Shown piece after piece: positions 47,596 through 58,932 of a stretch of DNA of 64,000 bases (position 1 is its first letter; each line of letters begins with the position of its first letter). Under the pieces are notes generated by a model. It made no database searches. It was not told where the DNA came from and was given only the letters and a program-made list of their open reading frames with translations. The translations under genes and the position numbers were made by a program. The DNA is from Ascoidea asiatica JCM 7603 (Eukaryota > Fungi > Ascomycota). The stretch spans positions 1,261,184-1,325,183 of the forward strand of contig BCKQ01000002.1 in the NCBI GenBank assembly GCA_001600695.1, read 5' to 3'.

Positions 47596-49392
47596 ATGAT
47601 TCGAAATCAAGGTTTGTCTTCTTTTAATTTAATATCAAGAAGTTTGAGATCAAGTAAATTTAAATATCCTATTTATTTAAGTTACTCAGGTTATTCATCT
47701 TATTCAAGTATTTTAAATAATTCAAATAAATTATTCAAAAACAATAGAAATAATAAAGATATTAAAGATAATTTACAAAAGAGAAAAATTTCAAGAATTA
47801 ATTATGAAGCATATAATAATTTACATAATCCACCAAAGAAAAATTGGAGTAAAATTTTCATATATACAATTTTAACTATTTCAATATCTGGATATATTGG
47901 ATATTATTTTTATTGGCCAAGAAATAAATATCCTAAGAAAATTGCAGATTTATTAAGAAAAGGATTATGGGCCGAAAGTAATAAAGAAAATTTTAATTAT
48001 TCTAAAGCATTAAAATATTATATTGAAGCACTTAATGAATTACATTTAAATAAAGAAATTTATAATATTGAATTATATTCAGATGAATATACTGGAATTC
48101 AATTAAAAATTGGAGAAATGTATGAATTATTAAATTTAAATGAATTTGCAATAAATATTTATGAAGAAATTTTAAATTTATATTTAATTAAATTAATTAA
48201 TTATGAAATTGAGAATAAAGAAAGACCTCATATAATTCAAAAAGATTTAAGAGTTTTAATTAAATTAATTTCATTATTAAGAGATATTGATCCAAATTAT
48301 TGTCAAACATTAATTTTAACACATTGTGGACAAGCACAATTAGAAGTTGTTAAAAGAGGTGGAGAATTAATTACTAATTTTAAAGATTCAAAACTTGAAA
48401 TTTTAGGTTTCAATACAAAAAATGAATTAAATTCTAATAAAAAATCAGATATAAATAATTTAAGTGATGAATTGGAAAATGAAATTGAAAATGAAAATAA
48501 AATTGAAAATGAGATTGAAAATGAATTAAATAAAATTCCATTGAATAGAGAAGCATGGGAACCATTTAGGGATGAATTTTTTATTTTAAGAGATTTATTT
48601 GTTTCAATATCAATATTAAAAGGAGATTATTCAATTGGATTATCAGTTCAATTAAAAACTATACCATGGATGACAATGGCAGAATTTTTACCAAATGAAG
48701 TTATGATTGCAAATTGTAATTTAGCATCATTATTATTTTTTCAAGCACAAGTTTATCATTCAACAATTTTAACAAATGATTTAAAAAAGAAATTTAATAA
48801 AGAATTGAAATTAAGATTAAAAGAGAATAATGATAATAAAGAAGAAGTAGAAGGAGAATTAAAAGAAAATGAAAATGAAAATGAAAATGAAAATGAAAAA
48901 GAAAAAGAAAAGGAAAGAGTGATAATTGATGATAAAGAGATTTCAAATATAAAATTATATGAAAAAAGAATGATAAAATCATCAAAAGATATATTTCAAA
49001 CGAATATAAATTTTATAAATAAATATTTTTTAAGAAATTCAAAAAATTTAAAAAATTTAAATTTTTTAAATTTTAAACAAAATAAAAATTATAATGAAAT
49101 TTTAGGATTAAGTTTTTATTCATTAGGTGTTATAAATTTACATGAAGGTAATTATCTTGAATCTAAAATTTTATTTAAAGAAAGTATTAAAAGGGGTAAA
49201 ATTTTAAATAATAATGAATTAATTGAAGAAAGTGAGAATGAATTAAAAAAATTGGAGATTGAATTGAATGAAAAAAGAAAAAATGTTAAAAATGGTGATG
49301 ATAATAAATTAATAAATAAAGAAGTTGAGGAACTTAGTGATGATGAATCTAAGATTATGACAATTGATATGATTATTGGAACAATGGACTAG
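47596..49392 (+). CDS. MGR3: Mitochondrial i-AAA protease adaptor subunit Mgr3
   Basis: Presequence-like N-terminus, one TM helix, then YPKKIADLLRKGLWAES...ALKYYIEAL...SDEYTGIQLKIGEMYE and TPR-like helices. Confidence 0.82.
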   Translation: MIRNQGLSSFNLISRSLRSSKFKYPIYLSYSGYSSYSSILNNSNKLFKNNRNNKDIKDNLQKRKISRINYEAYNNLHNPPKKNWSKIFIYTILTISISGYIGYYFYWPRNKYPKKIADLLRKGLWAESNKENFNYSKALKYYIEALNELHLNKEIYNIELYSDEYTGIQLKIGEMYELLNLNEFAINIYEEILNLYLIKLINYEIENKERPHIIQKDLRVLIKLISLLRDIDPNYCQTLILTHCGQAQLEVVKRGGELITNFKDSKLEILGFNTKNELNSNKKSDINNLSDELENEIENENKIENEIENELNKIPLNREAWEPFRDEFFILRDLFVSISILKGDYSIGLSVQLKTIPWMTMAEFLPNEVMIANCNLASLLFFQAQVYHSTILTNDLKKKFNKELKLRLKENNDNKEEVEGELKENENENENENEKEKEKERVIIDDKEISNIKLYEKRMIKSSKDIFQTNINFINKYFLRNSKNLKNLNFLNFKQNKNYNEILGLSFYSLGVINLHEGNYLESKILFKESIKRGKILNNNELIEESENELKKLEIELNEKRKNVKNGDDNKLINKEVEELSDDESKIMTIDMIIGTMD

Positions 49393-49586
49393 TTAGTTAG
49401 TAATTGACTAAGTGACTAGATAAGTAAATAAGCAAATAAGCAAATAAGTAAATAAGTTAATATCTCAGTAAATAGTTGAATAACAAGTATTATAATATAA
49501 ATATACAATATAAATAAAGCTTTTATAACTATTAAAAGCTATTGAAATACATTTATACTGTATATAAATACCAATATAAAAGAAGC

Positions 49587-49592
49587 AAAAAA
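49587..49592 (-). terminator. Pol III terminator (T6) of tRNA-Trp
   Basis: TTTTTT on the minus strand 4 nt after the discriminator base. Confidence 0.8.
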
Positions 49593-49596
49593 GAAT

Positions 49597-49686
49597 TGAA
49601 ACTGACAGGAATTGAACCTGCAGCCCTTCGATTGCAACTCAATCACAGAACTGGAGTCGAAAGCTCTACCATTGAGCCACAGCTTC
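49597..49686 (-). tRNA. tRNA-Trp(CCA) with an 18-nt intron (49633-49650)
   Basis: Minus strand reads GAAGCTGTGGCTCAATGGTAGAGCTTTCGACTCCAG[intron]ATCGAAGGGCTGCAGGTTCAATTCCTGTCAGTTTCA. Cloverleaf, A/B boxes and CCA anticodon (49652-49654) present; near-identical to yeast tRNA-Trp. Confidence 0.97.
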
Positions 49687-50475
49687 ATCTCTTGGAATAA
49701 ACACAGATTTTTCTGCACATAGCTCAAATTAACGCATGTGACTTTGATTTTTATTCCGACCTTACCGAGGGTTCTTTTCAACCAGTCCCACACCAGTGGT
49801 CTCGACGCGTGATTCTTTTTGTGTTTTTGTGTTTTTGTTTGTTGTTGTTTTTGTTTGTTGTTGTTATCTTTTCGATCTTCCTTTGCATCTTCTTCTGTTT
49901 CTTGTGTTTCTTCTGCTGTCTGTGCTTTCTTCTTGACTATCTTTATAACCATCTTCATCTTTATCATCTTCTTTCCACTTCCAATTTCTGAGTGTTCTAC
50001 GACTGTTAAACTTCTTAAAGGCTGAAAATCTCAATTTCCACTGGCTGAATTACTTCTTTGGTTTCTTTTTTTCTCGGTCTTTTGCTTCCTATCGACTTAA
50101 AATTCCAATAATTTCAACTTTAAAATATCGATAATTTTTCAAATTTTAACTTTATTTCTTTCAAAATCTCATTTATCCCACCAATAGCTATTCAATTATC
50201 CATTTAAATAATTCTATTAATGACAATGAAAAAAAGCTTGATTGATTTTTTATAAAGTTAATCAAATTTTTCCAATAGCCGAATTATAAACAATAATAAT
50301 AATAATAATTATAATAATAATAATAATAAAATTTATTCGAAATGGGTATTCCAATTTTATGATTCATTTATGATTCATTTAAATTCAAAATTATTTCATA
50401 TATATAAAATGTTTTATTACTTGTATTTATATCAATCTTTATATTCATATCTATATTGCTTTTCATATTCACATC

Positions 50476-50520
50476 TATATTCATATTCATATTCATATTC
50501 ATATTCATATTCACATTCAC
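50476..50520 (+). repeat. (ATATTC)n hexamer repeat in the 5' leader of the transporter gene
   Basis: About 7 tandem, partly degenerate copies. Confidence 0.8.
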
Positions 50521-50543
50521 ATCCATAAAGAATACAAACTAAA

Positions 50544-52049
50544 ATGACTTCTTCATTACATGATGATATCTCAATTTCAATAAGTTCTGCAATTTGGACT
50601 TCTGTTAAACCAATAATAAAAATTTATTTAATTATAATTTTTGGTTTTTTATTAACAAAAAAAAATATTTTAACAATTTCAACTTGTAAAAATTTATCAA
50701 ATTTAATATTATTTATCTTAATGCCATCTTTAATATTTAATAAAATTGTAACAAATTTATCATATACTGATATTATTTCAATATTATTATTATCTTTAAT
50801 TTCATTATTAATTTTCTCATTTGGTGGTTTAATTTCATTTATTATTATAATTTTAAGTAAAATTAATAAAAATAAATTTATTTATATTCCTGAAAATTTT
50901 AAATCTGGTTTTTTAATTGCTGGTATTTATCCAAATATTGGTGAATTACCAATTGCTTTTTTACAAACTTTACAACAAAGTGGTAATACTTTTACTTCAA
51001 ATCAAATTGATAAAGGTCTTGCTTATATTTGTATATTTATTGCTGTTGAAATGTTTACAACTTTTAATTTAGGTCTTTCTAAATTAATTCAATATGATTT
51101 TAAAGAATCAATAACAAATAATAATAATGATAATAAAAATTTAAATGATATTGAAAGAATTCAAAGTATTATTTCAACTCCAAAAGAAATAAATACAAAC
51201 ATTGATAATATAACTGATAAAAAAAATGATGATATAAGAGCAAATTCAATAGAAAATTCAATTCAAAATTTATCTTCTGATTCAATGTTATCTTTAAATT
51301 CAATAAAAAATAATAATAATAACAATAATATCAATAAAAAGAAATCAAAATTAAATATAATATTTTGGAAAATTTTAAAACCTTTGATTTTTATTATTAA
51401 AAATTTTAAAAATCCAGTTTCTTTATCAATTGTAATTTCAATAACAATTGCTTTAATTCCATGGTTAAAATCTTTATTTGTTTCAACTACTTTTAAATTC
51501 ATTAATATTCCAAATGCTCCTGATAATCAACCTCCATTAAATTTTATAATGGATTTAACTGCATATTTAGCTAATGCTCAAGTTCCATTAGGTTTATTAT
51601 TATTAGGTTCAACTTTATCAAGATTAAAAATTTCAAATAATAATAATGATAATAATGAATCTGAAGATAATAATGATAAACAAAATATTTCAAATCATAG
51701 TAATAATCATTTTATACTTTCTTCAATTTTATTAACAATTGGTAGATTAATAATTTCTCCAATTATTGGAATTATTATAATTAATCAATTTAAAAGAATA
51801 AATTGGTTTAAAGATGATATAAGTATTTTAGTAAGTATAATTGGTTGGGGTTTACCAACTTATACAACTCAATTATATTTAACTGCCTCTTATTCAACTC
51901 ATAAACCAAGTAATGATCCAAATCATAAACCAACTCAAAATATACAATTAGATTCCTTAGGTATTTTATTCCTTTTACAATATCCTGTATTAATTATAAC
52001 TTTACCAACACTTGTAACTTATGCTTTAAAGGTTAACTTAGGTTATTAA
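50544..52049 (+). CDS. Auxin-efflux-carrier (Mem_trans/PILS-like) membrane transporter, ECM3/YNL095C-like
   Basis: AIWTSVKPIIKIY, MPSLIFNKIV, YPNIGELPIAFLQ, PWLKSLFV..IPNAPDNQPPLNFIMD, VPLGLLLLGSTLSRL; about 10 TM segments around a central loop. Confidence 0.9.
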   Translation: MTSSLHDDISISISSAIWTSVKPIIKIYLIIIFGFLLTKKNILTISTCKNLSNLILFILMPSLIFNKIVTNLSYTDIISILLLSLISLLIFSFGGLISFIIIILSKINKNKFIYIPENFKSGFLIAGIYPNIGELPIAFLQTLQQSGNTFTSNQIDKGLAYICIFIAVEMFTTFNLGLSKLIQYDFKESITNNNNDNKNLNDIERIQSIISTPKEINTNIDNITDKKNDDIRANSIENSIQNLSSDSMLSLNSIKNNNNNNNINKKKSKLNIIFWKILKPLIFIIKNFKNPVSLSIVISITIALIPWLKSLFVSTTFKFINIPNAPDNQPPLNFIMDLTAYLANAQVPLGLLLLGSTLSRLKISNNNNDNNESEDNNDKQNISNHSNNHFILSSILLTIGRLIISPIIGIIIINQFKRINWFKDDISILVSIIGWGLPTYTTQLYLTASYSTHKPSNDPNHKPTQNIQLDSLGILFLLQYPVLIITLPTLVTYALKVNLGY

Positions 52050-52467
52050 TAAAACTTATTAAACTCCAATTTTGTTTTTTTTATTTCCTGCTTTTAAAAA
52101 TAATTTTTTTTTTTTTTTCTAACAAATTTTTTTTAACCAAAATATAATAATATACATAATTAATTACTCATAATAGCATTTTTTAACATTTTTAAAAAAA
52201 AAAGAAGAATTTAAAAAGAAAATAGAAAAAAACTTTCTATTTTTATATAATATAGTAGAAAATATAATTGAAAGAAAAGGAAAAAAAAAAAAGAAGATAA
52301 AGATAATGTTATGTAAAGATTTTCAAAGAAAATAAAATGGAAACAATGAGAAATAAAAATGTTAAAGAAATTATAAAATAATATAATAGAATAATATAAT
52401 GATAATAATAAAGGAATTTAATTATAATATAATATAGGTTTAAAAATTCAAATGAAATTAAATAATA

Positions 52468-52839
52468 TCAATAACCATGAGTATAAACATCACCAGTTGT
52501 ATGAAACACATCATTACTTGCTTCTTCAACATCATCATGAGCAAATGCACAAATAAAAAGATAATATCTTGTTCTAACACAAATTAAATGTGGACATCTC
52601 ATAATATATTGATCTTCAAAAGAAATTGGTTTAATAATTTCATTTTTATATAAAAAACCTGTTTGCATTGCAACTGCTGGATAATCAAGTGCTGTAATAA
52701 TATTTCTTGCATCAATAATTGATAAATGTAATCCATTTCTTTGAGTCACAAATTTAACATTACGTAATAAAAAAATTGAAACACTATCAACATATCCATA
52801 ACTAACTATTTCATCAGCTCTTTCTTCAATATTAAGCAT
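52468..52839 (-). CDS. Divergent profilin-like protein A (123 aa)
   Basis: Colinear with yeast Pfy1: DEIVSYGYVDSVSIF~DNLIGTGKVDKAVIY; NGLHLS...ITALDYPA...TGF~GGLSLQ...VQGFDNPA...NGL; LICVRTRYYLFI~VVCVRTKQTVII; ends in Tyr; profilin length. Confidence 0.75.
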   Translation of the reverse strand: MLNIEERADEIVSYGYVDSVSIFLLRNVKFVTQRNGLHLSIIDARNIITALDYPAVAMQTGFLYKNEIIKPISFEDQYIMRCPHLICVRTRYYLFICAFAHDDVEEASNDVFHTTGDVYTHGY

Positions 52840-54512
52840 TTTTTATAAAAGACTAAGATTATTTAAATTTATTATTGTTGATTAAAGAGCAGCAGCAATA
52901 GCAATACTTTTTTTTAATGATTGATGAAGATTAGAATATTGAAAATATAGATAATATACTTTTGGTTATACTTTTTTTTTTTTACTATTTTATTTTACTT
53001 ATGAAAGTGGATAAATGTGAATATTTATATATATAATTTTTTATTTTCTGTTTTTCTATTTTTATTTTATGTTATTGCATACTTAAGAAACTATTTCAAA
53101 GTTGTAATATAAACAAACCTTTAAAAGAGATAAGAGGAAAAAAAACTTTTTTGCTAATTAAATTGAGGTTTTATTTCACAATAGATAAGTTTTAATAATA
53201 AGTTTTAATGATAAGTTCTAATGATAAGAAACTAAATTTTAATGATATTCTTTGTTCTTTTTGATAAACTCTTAATTTTTTTCTAAGTTTTTTAAAAAAA
53301 TTTGATAATTATGAGATAATTATGAGATAATTGAATATTATTATTTGGATAATTAAGGCAAAGAAGTAAATAAAATGAATACAAATTGTTGATTGTTAAG
53401 ATTGTTTCGAATAAAATATACTTTATAATTTACTTTATAATTAGATATTAAATTATAATAATGAAATGCAAAAAAACAAGAAAAAAGTATTTAAATTTGT
53501 CTCAATTTTGTAACAATGCAGAGTACAAATAATTATATTTATTCTTCAATTGAATGTCGTAGTTTAAAACTGATTGAAAACATGTTTTTTTTTTTATAAA
53601 AATAAATGATAATTTGGTGATTGGTGATATAAATTATTTAACTTATTTTAGTTACAATCAAAAAATAAAATCAAGAGGCAAATCAAAAAAGGATTTAAAA
53701 ATAATTTATTTTGGAATTGAGTTAACATGAATCATTAATTCCAGATTTCCATTGATGAATGATTCAAATTTTAATATAGACTCTAATAATTGCAGTGAAG
53801 ATCCTAAATAATAAAATGAAATGAAATTGTTGAGTTAGTTTAAAATACATTTAATTCCATAATTTCTAATTCAATTCATAATTCAATTCATAATTCAATT
53901 TATACTTCAATTCATATTTGAATTAAAAATGGAGATAAAAATTGAAATAAAAATAGTGGTAAAAGTGAAATGAGGTCTTTGAAAGTGATAAAAAGCTCAA
54001 TTTATAGAAAATTTGAAAATATTGTTTTAAAAAAAGGGTTAAATTTTAGAAAAAGATAGCCAAAAAAGAGATTGAAATGATGACATTTTCTGAAATGATT
54101 GGCAAGAAAACATTTTGAATAAAAAATAATTGAAATTGAAATGAAGTTGTAAATTAATCAATTCGTTATTAGTTACTGAAGTTGACTTTAAAATGGTTAT
54201 AAATTTGATAAAGTTTTGAAATTATGATAATTTAAGTAAGTAATTTATTATTTAACTTAAATAAATAAGTAAAAGATATTTAAAATATGTATCAGAGAAA
54301 GAAAATGAATTAAAAAAAGGATTATATAAGAGTATATTATAAAATGTTATAAATTAAATGTAAAAATGACTAAGAAATTATTAAAATTATGATTAAAAAA
54401 ATGAATAAAAAAAAGGTGAGAATTAAAAAGACTATAGTACTTTGAATAATTGAATGATTTAATAATTTAATGATTTAAATAAAGGAGTAAAAGATATAAA
54501 AAATTGAATAAT

Positions 54513-54944
54513 CTAGTGGTTGTTATTATTATTATTTTGATTATTGATTTGATTTTGAAGTTTTAATTCATCAGAAACTATTTGTTCTTGATCAAGAACT
54601 ATATCAATAACTTGTAAAAAAGAATCCATGATTGGATTTGTAAGATAAGCATTAAAAGTAACAACAAAAATTGCAAATTTAGTTTTACTTATACCAAGAC
54701 CATTATTACAAATTAAAACATCATTATTATCATCTTTTTGAATTGTTGAATAATATCTATCTTGAATTTTAAATTCATATGGAACTTCAGCATTAAAACC
54801 TCTTTCAATATTTAAAAAATCTACATAAGATAAAAGAATTCTATTTTTTTGAATTATTAATTCATAATCATTTAATGAATGAATTGCAACTTGATATAAA
54901 TTTGGAATTTGTAAAATTCTATTTGCAAAATCTTCATATGACAT
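54513..54944 (-). CDS. Divergent profilin-like protein B (143 aa, Q/N-rich tail)
   Basis: MSYEDFANRIL~MSWQAYTDNLI; VAIHSL~AVIYSR; IERGFN~IVQGFD; FKIQDRYY~LHIQGQKF; GLGISKTKFAIFV~GVVCVRTKQTVII. Confidence 0.65.
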   Translation of the reverse strand: MSYEDFANRILQIPNLYQVAIHSLNDYELIIQKNRILLSYVDFLNIERGFNAEVPYEFKIQDRYYSTIQKDDNNDVLICNNGLGISKTKFAIFVVTFNAYLTNPIMDSFLQVIDIVLDQEQIVSDELKLQNQINNQNNNNNNH

Positions 54945-56470
54945 TTTGGAATTATAATATAATAAGTTTTAATAAGGGGAAAAAAATGAAATAGAAGAAA
55001 AAAAAAAAAAGGATTAAGTTTCAAAGAAAATACAAAAAAAAAAGATATTTAAATGAATTTTATTAAATTTAATTGAATTTCATTGAAATTTATTGACTTG
55101 AAAAGAATTAAAGAGAATTGTAAGAAATTGAGAGGAATTGAGAATAATTGAGAAGAATTGAAGAACTGAAGGACTGAGAAAAAATTGAGAAGAAAAATAG
55201 ATATAATATTATTTAATTTTACATAGAGTATGAATAAACTAATTTCTTTGATTATTATTTAAATTATTTGAATCAAAGGATTATTTAATTATTAATTAAT
55301 ACTTTCATAATTATATTTTATATTTTTGATAATTTACGTGTTTTAATAGTTAGATTATAGTAGACTCCTTATGATAAGATTGATAATAATTGATAATGGA
55401 TAAATATATTTCAATTTCAAATTCAATTTTAATTTTAATTTAGATATCAATAATAAATGAGAACAAAAAAAAAAAAACCTTGAGAAAAGATACTCTTTCA
55501 ATTTAATGAAATCAAAGTCAATTTCTTCAAATAAATTAATAGAAAAATTACAAATTTAGTATTCACTATTAAAAAAAGAATAAATTATGAATTAAAAATC
55601 TAATATTATGTTATGTTACATTAAGTATTAAATCCAGAATCAAAAAATGAATTGAAGTAAGATAAATAAATGTCTTTTATTTTATTATTTATTTTATTTT
55701 TTAATATTATTTATTATTATTTATTATTATTTATATGTGAAATTTACCAATTAACTATTTGAAATTTGTAATAATTTTTTGTCTGGAACTCCACCAAAGA
55801 ACTGTTTGCCTTACCTACTTTATATCATCAATTTCATCATCAAAATGCCTTTCATCAAAAGATTTTACTTCTCATTTAATTCTAAATTTGATTTTGATTC
55901 TGATTCTGATTTCAATCTTCTAATTCATCTTTTGATTCTGGGGTGAAATGGTCGTTATTGTGAAATATTCACTTTGCTATTTGGTATTCGATACTGAAAA
56001 TGCTTCTGCGGCTATCTCCGAAAACGCGAAAACGCATCACAAAAACGCAAAAACACGAAAAACACGAAAAAAAAAAAGATAAAAAATATTTTTGCAGCTC
56101 AAATTCAAAAATTAATTGGCGCATAAAATAAATCCGCTGGTATTCTTATAGCACGGAACACCCAGTTTAAGTTTATGAAGGTTCCTTGCCGGTTCCGTTT
56201 CTGGATATAAAAATCATTCCAATTTCCTATTTTGGTATTTACGGCCGAAACGCTCGGAAGTGTTTTTAGCCGACCTACAGTTACTTCAATAAGATATAAA
56301 TATGAGGCTGGTGCTTCCTCACAAATATCACAAGAAGCAGAAGAAGCAGAAGAAGCTAGTTCTGTTAATGTTACTTTTGCTCGAAAATTTTTCTTTAAAT
56401 AATCATTTAGTTTTATATTTGTATGTATTCTTTATTCATTCATTTACTTAATTATCTATATATTTTTTTA

Positions 56471-58174
56471 TTAAAAATTTTCAGTACCTAAAATTTCTGC
56501 AATTAATTTACCACAAGCAACAACTTCTTCATCTTCATATCTTCTACCAGATAATTGAAAAGATATTGGAGATCCTTCAAAATCTTCTATATTATCATAT
56601 AAACTATATTCAAGTTCTTCTAATTTATTTCTTGGTTTATAATTTAAATCTAAAATATCAATTTTTGGATCTTGATAAATACCACTTGGAAAAACTAATG
56701 TTGGAAAATCTAAAATATTAAATAATGATGTATATCCCCAATAAAAAATTTTATTTGGTTTTGGTACTGAATTACAATATGTTGGTGATAAAATAAAATC
56801 AATATTATTATCATTTAAAAATTGTGTATATTCTGTTCTTAATGAATTTCTAATACCATTTAATTCTCTATTTTCTTTAACTGATAATGCTTTATCTCCA
56901 TTACCAAATGATAATGCCCATTTAGTTAAATCTAATAATTCTTCTCCACTTTCTTCTAAAAATTTTTTTTGCATATAATTACCATCACATGAATACATTT
57001 TATGTACAGTTTCATAAGCTTCTAAAATTCTTGGAGGTTTAAATTCAATAATTTCAATATTTGAATTTTTAAATTTTTTAATAATTTCTTTTAAAGCTCT
57101 TTCAACTGGTGGTAATGGTTTAACAATACCATCATCATAAATTACACAAATTTTTAAATTTTTTGAAATTGGTTTTTCAATATTTCTCCATTCTATTGGT
57201 AATGTTAAACAATCTAATTTCCATGGTTTTAAATTTATATATGATTTCATAAATAATTCAATATCATAAATTGATTTTGTAATTGGTCCATAAACTCCAA
57301 CAACAGATTCTTGTCCTGCTCCACTACTTAATCCACCAGATGTTGAAATTCTATAACTTGTTGGACGTAAACCATAAATTCCATTAAAAGCTGCTGGAGT
57401 TCTTATACTACCACCAATATCTGAACCTAAACCCATTACTGAAGCTCCTGAACTTACACATGCACCTTCACCACCTGATGAACCACCTGGTGATAATCTT
57501 GAATTATGAGAATTTCTAGTTCTACCAATAATATTATTAACTGTATCTAAATGCATAATAGTTTGCGGTTGAGAAGTTCTAAGTATAAAATTTGCACCAT
57601 TTTGTTTTGATAATTTTGTTGTAATACTATCATCATTTGGTATATTAAATAGTTTAGATACATAACCTGCATGAGTTATATGATTTTTATAATTATAATG
57701 TTCTTTAACAGACATTGGTAAACCATGTAATGGACCAATTAATTTTTTATTATTTTTAATAAAATAATTATCTAAAAATTTTGCATTTTCTAAAGCATCA
57801 TCAATTAAAAATTCACAAGTAAAATTTAATAAATAATTTGATAATATTGATCTTTTTAAAAATGCTTTTGTTAATTCTAATGAAGTTAATTCACCAGTTG
57901 AAATTAATTTAATTAATTTATAAGCTGGTAATGAAGTTAATTTTTTTTCAAAATCTGTTAAAATATTTGAATTTTCAATAAATTTAATTGAATTAAAATT
58001 TGAATTATTTAATTCATTAATACTTGGTAATTGAGTTAAATCAATATCAAATCTTTTCATATCATTTTGAATTTTTAAATTATATTCATCAATTTTTGGT
58101 TTATAAATTTTATTAAATTTTTCTGAATTTGGTTTATAATCAAATTTATAAAATTCTTCTGGTTTTACAGTCAT
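56471..58174 (-). CDS. Amidase-signature family amidase (acetamidase/Amd2-like)
   Basis: GPLHGLPMSVKE (Lys), PGGSSGGEG (cis-Ser), GLGSDIGGSIRTPA (nucleophile Ser). Confidence 0.95.
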   Translation of the reverse strand: MTVKPEEFYKFDYKPNSEKFNKIYKPKIDEYNLKIQNDMKRFDIDLTQLPSINELNNSNFNSIKFIENSNILTDFEKKLTSLPAYKLIKLISTGELTSLELTKAFLKRSILSNYLLNFTCEFLIDDALENAKFLDNYFIKNNKKLIGPLHGLPMSVKEHYNYKNHITHAGYVSKLFNIPNDDSITTKLSKQNGANFILRTSQPQTIMHLDTVNNIIGRTRNSHNSRLSPGGSSGGEGACVSSGASVMGLGSDIGGSIRTPAAFNGIYGLRPTSYRISTSGGLSSGAGQESVVGVYGPITKSIYDIELFMKSYINLKPWKLDCLTLPIEWRNIEKPISKNLKICVIYDDGIVKPLPPVERALKEIIKKFKNSNIEIIEFKPPRILEAYETVHKMYSCDGNYMQKKFLEESGEELLDLTKWALSFGNGDKALSVKENRELNGIRNSLRTEYTQFLNDNNIDFILSPTYCNSVPKPNKIFYWGYTSLFNILDFPTLVFPSGIYQDPKIDILDLNYKPRNKLEELEYSLYDNIEDFEGSPISFQLSGRRYEDEEVVACGKLIAEILGTENF

Positions 58175-58932
58175 CTTGAATTAAATTGAATTAAAAATGA
58201 ATTGAATTATTGAATTATTGAATTATTGAATTATTGAAATGAATTGGAAATGAAATTGAAATTGAGTAGAAATTGAAGTTGAAATCGATTCATTCTATTG
58301 AAAGAACCAAAAGAAAAGGGAGAATTGAACTCCATTTATATAATATTTTTTCTTTCTTTTTCTTGTTTGTAATAACATTTAGCTTCTAAAACACAATAAA
58401 TCTGGATATATTACTAAATATTGATAAAGATATGAATTGGAATTGATTAAAAAGCATTGAAAGAGCTTATCTTCCGCGCAGTGAACAAGCTCTCAGACAC
58501 AATCGAATTCTCGAGGACTGGGGAGATGGCCTAATTGGGAAAATACGGCGCATTGGGAAAGAAGTAGCCAGAGTGTGGCGAGGGAAACAAGAATAAGCGT
58601 GGCGGTGTCTGTGACAAAACATCAAAACAAGCTCCAGCCGCGTTAAAAGCAGTAATTGCCCCATTTGGACTTAGCCGCGATTGACCCACAAAAGAAAGAA
58701 AAACAAGAGCTGTGTAATAATGCATGTACACAAGCAGAAATGTTTTAAAGTTTGTCACGGTTATTTATCCGTGTCTGGGCATTTCCGTGTTTTGCTTTTT
58801 TTCCGAAATTTCTATACCCTCGGATGAGTACTCTTGAGATAACCCTTAAACCTTATATCTCACCGGTAATAACCTTAAAATTATTTCTCTTTTTAGAATG
58901 CAAAATATTTATTATGTATTAGTATTTTATTA

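Noticed and set aside
49539-50025. ORFs 49539-49967, 49809-49991 and 49819-50025
   Set aside because: They overlap the tRNA-Trp gene or simple T/G-rich promoter sequence; low-complexity translations.
315-51502. Many short antisense or alternate-frame ORFs inside real genes (e.g. 315-671, 13924-14160, 18652-19053, 21661-22131, 44274-44786, 51263-51502)
   Set aside because: Shadows of biased codon usage and trinucleotide repeats in the true CDSs.
55740-55950. Possible third profilin remnant or snoRNA upstream of profilin-like B
   Set aside because: Only short stop-interrupted frames with no convincing similarity; no clear paired C/D boxes or guide sequence.
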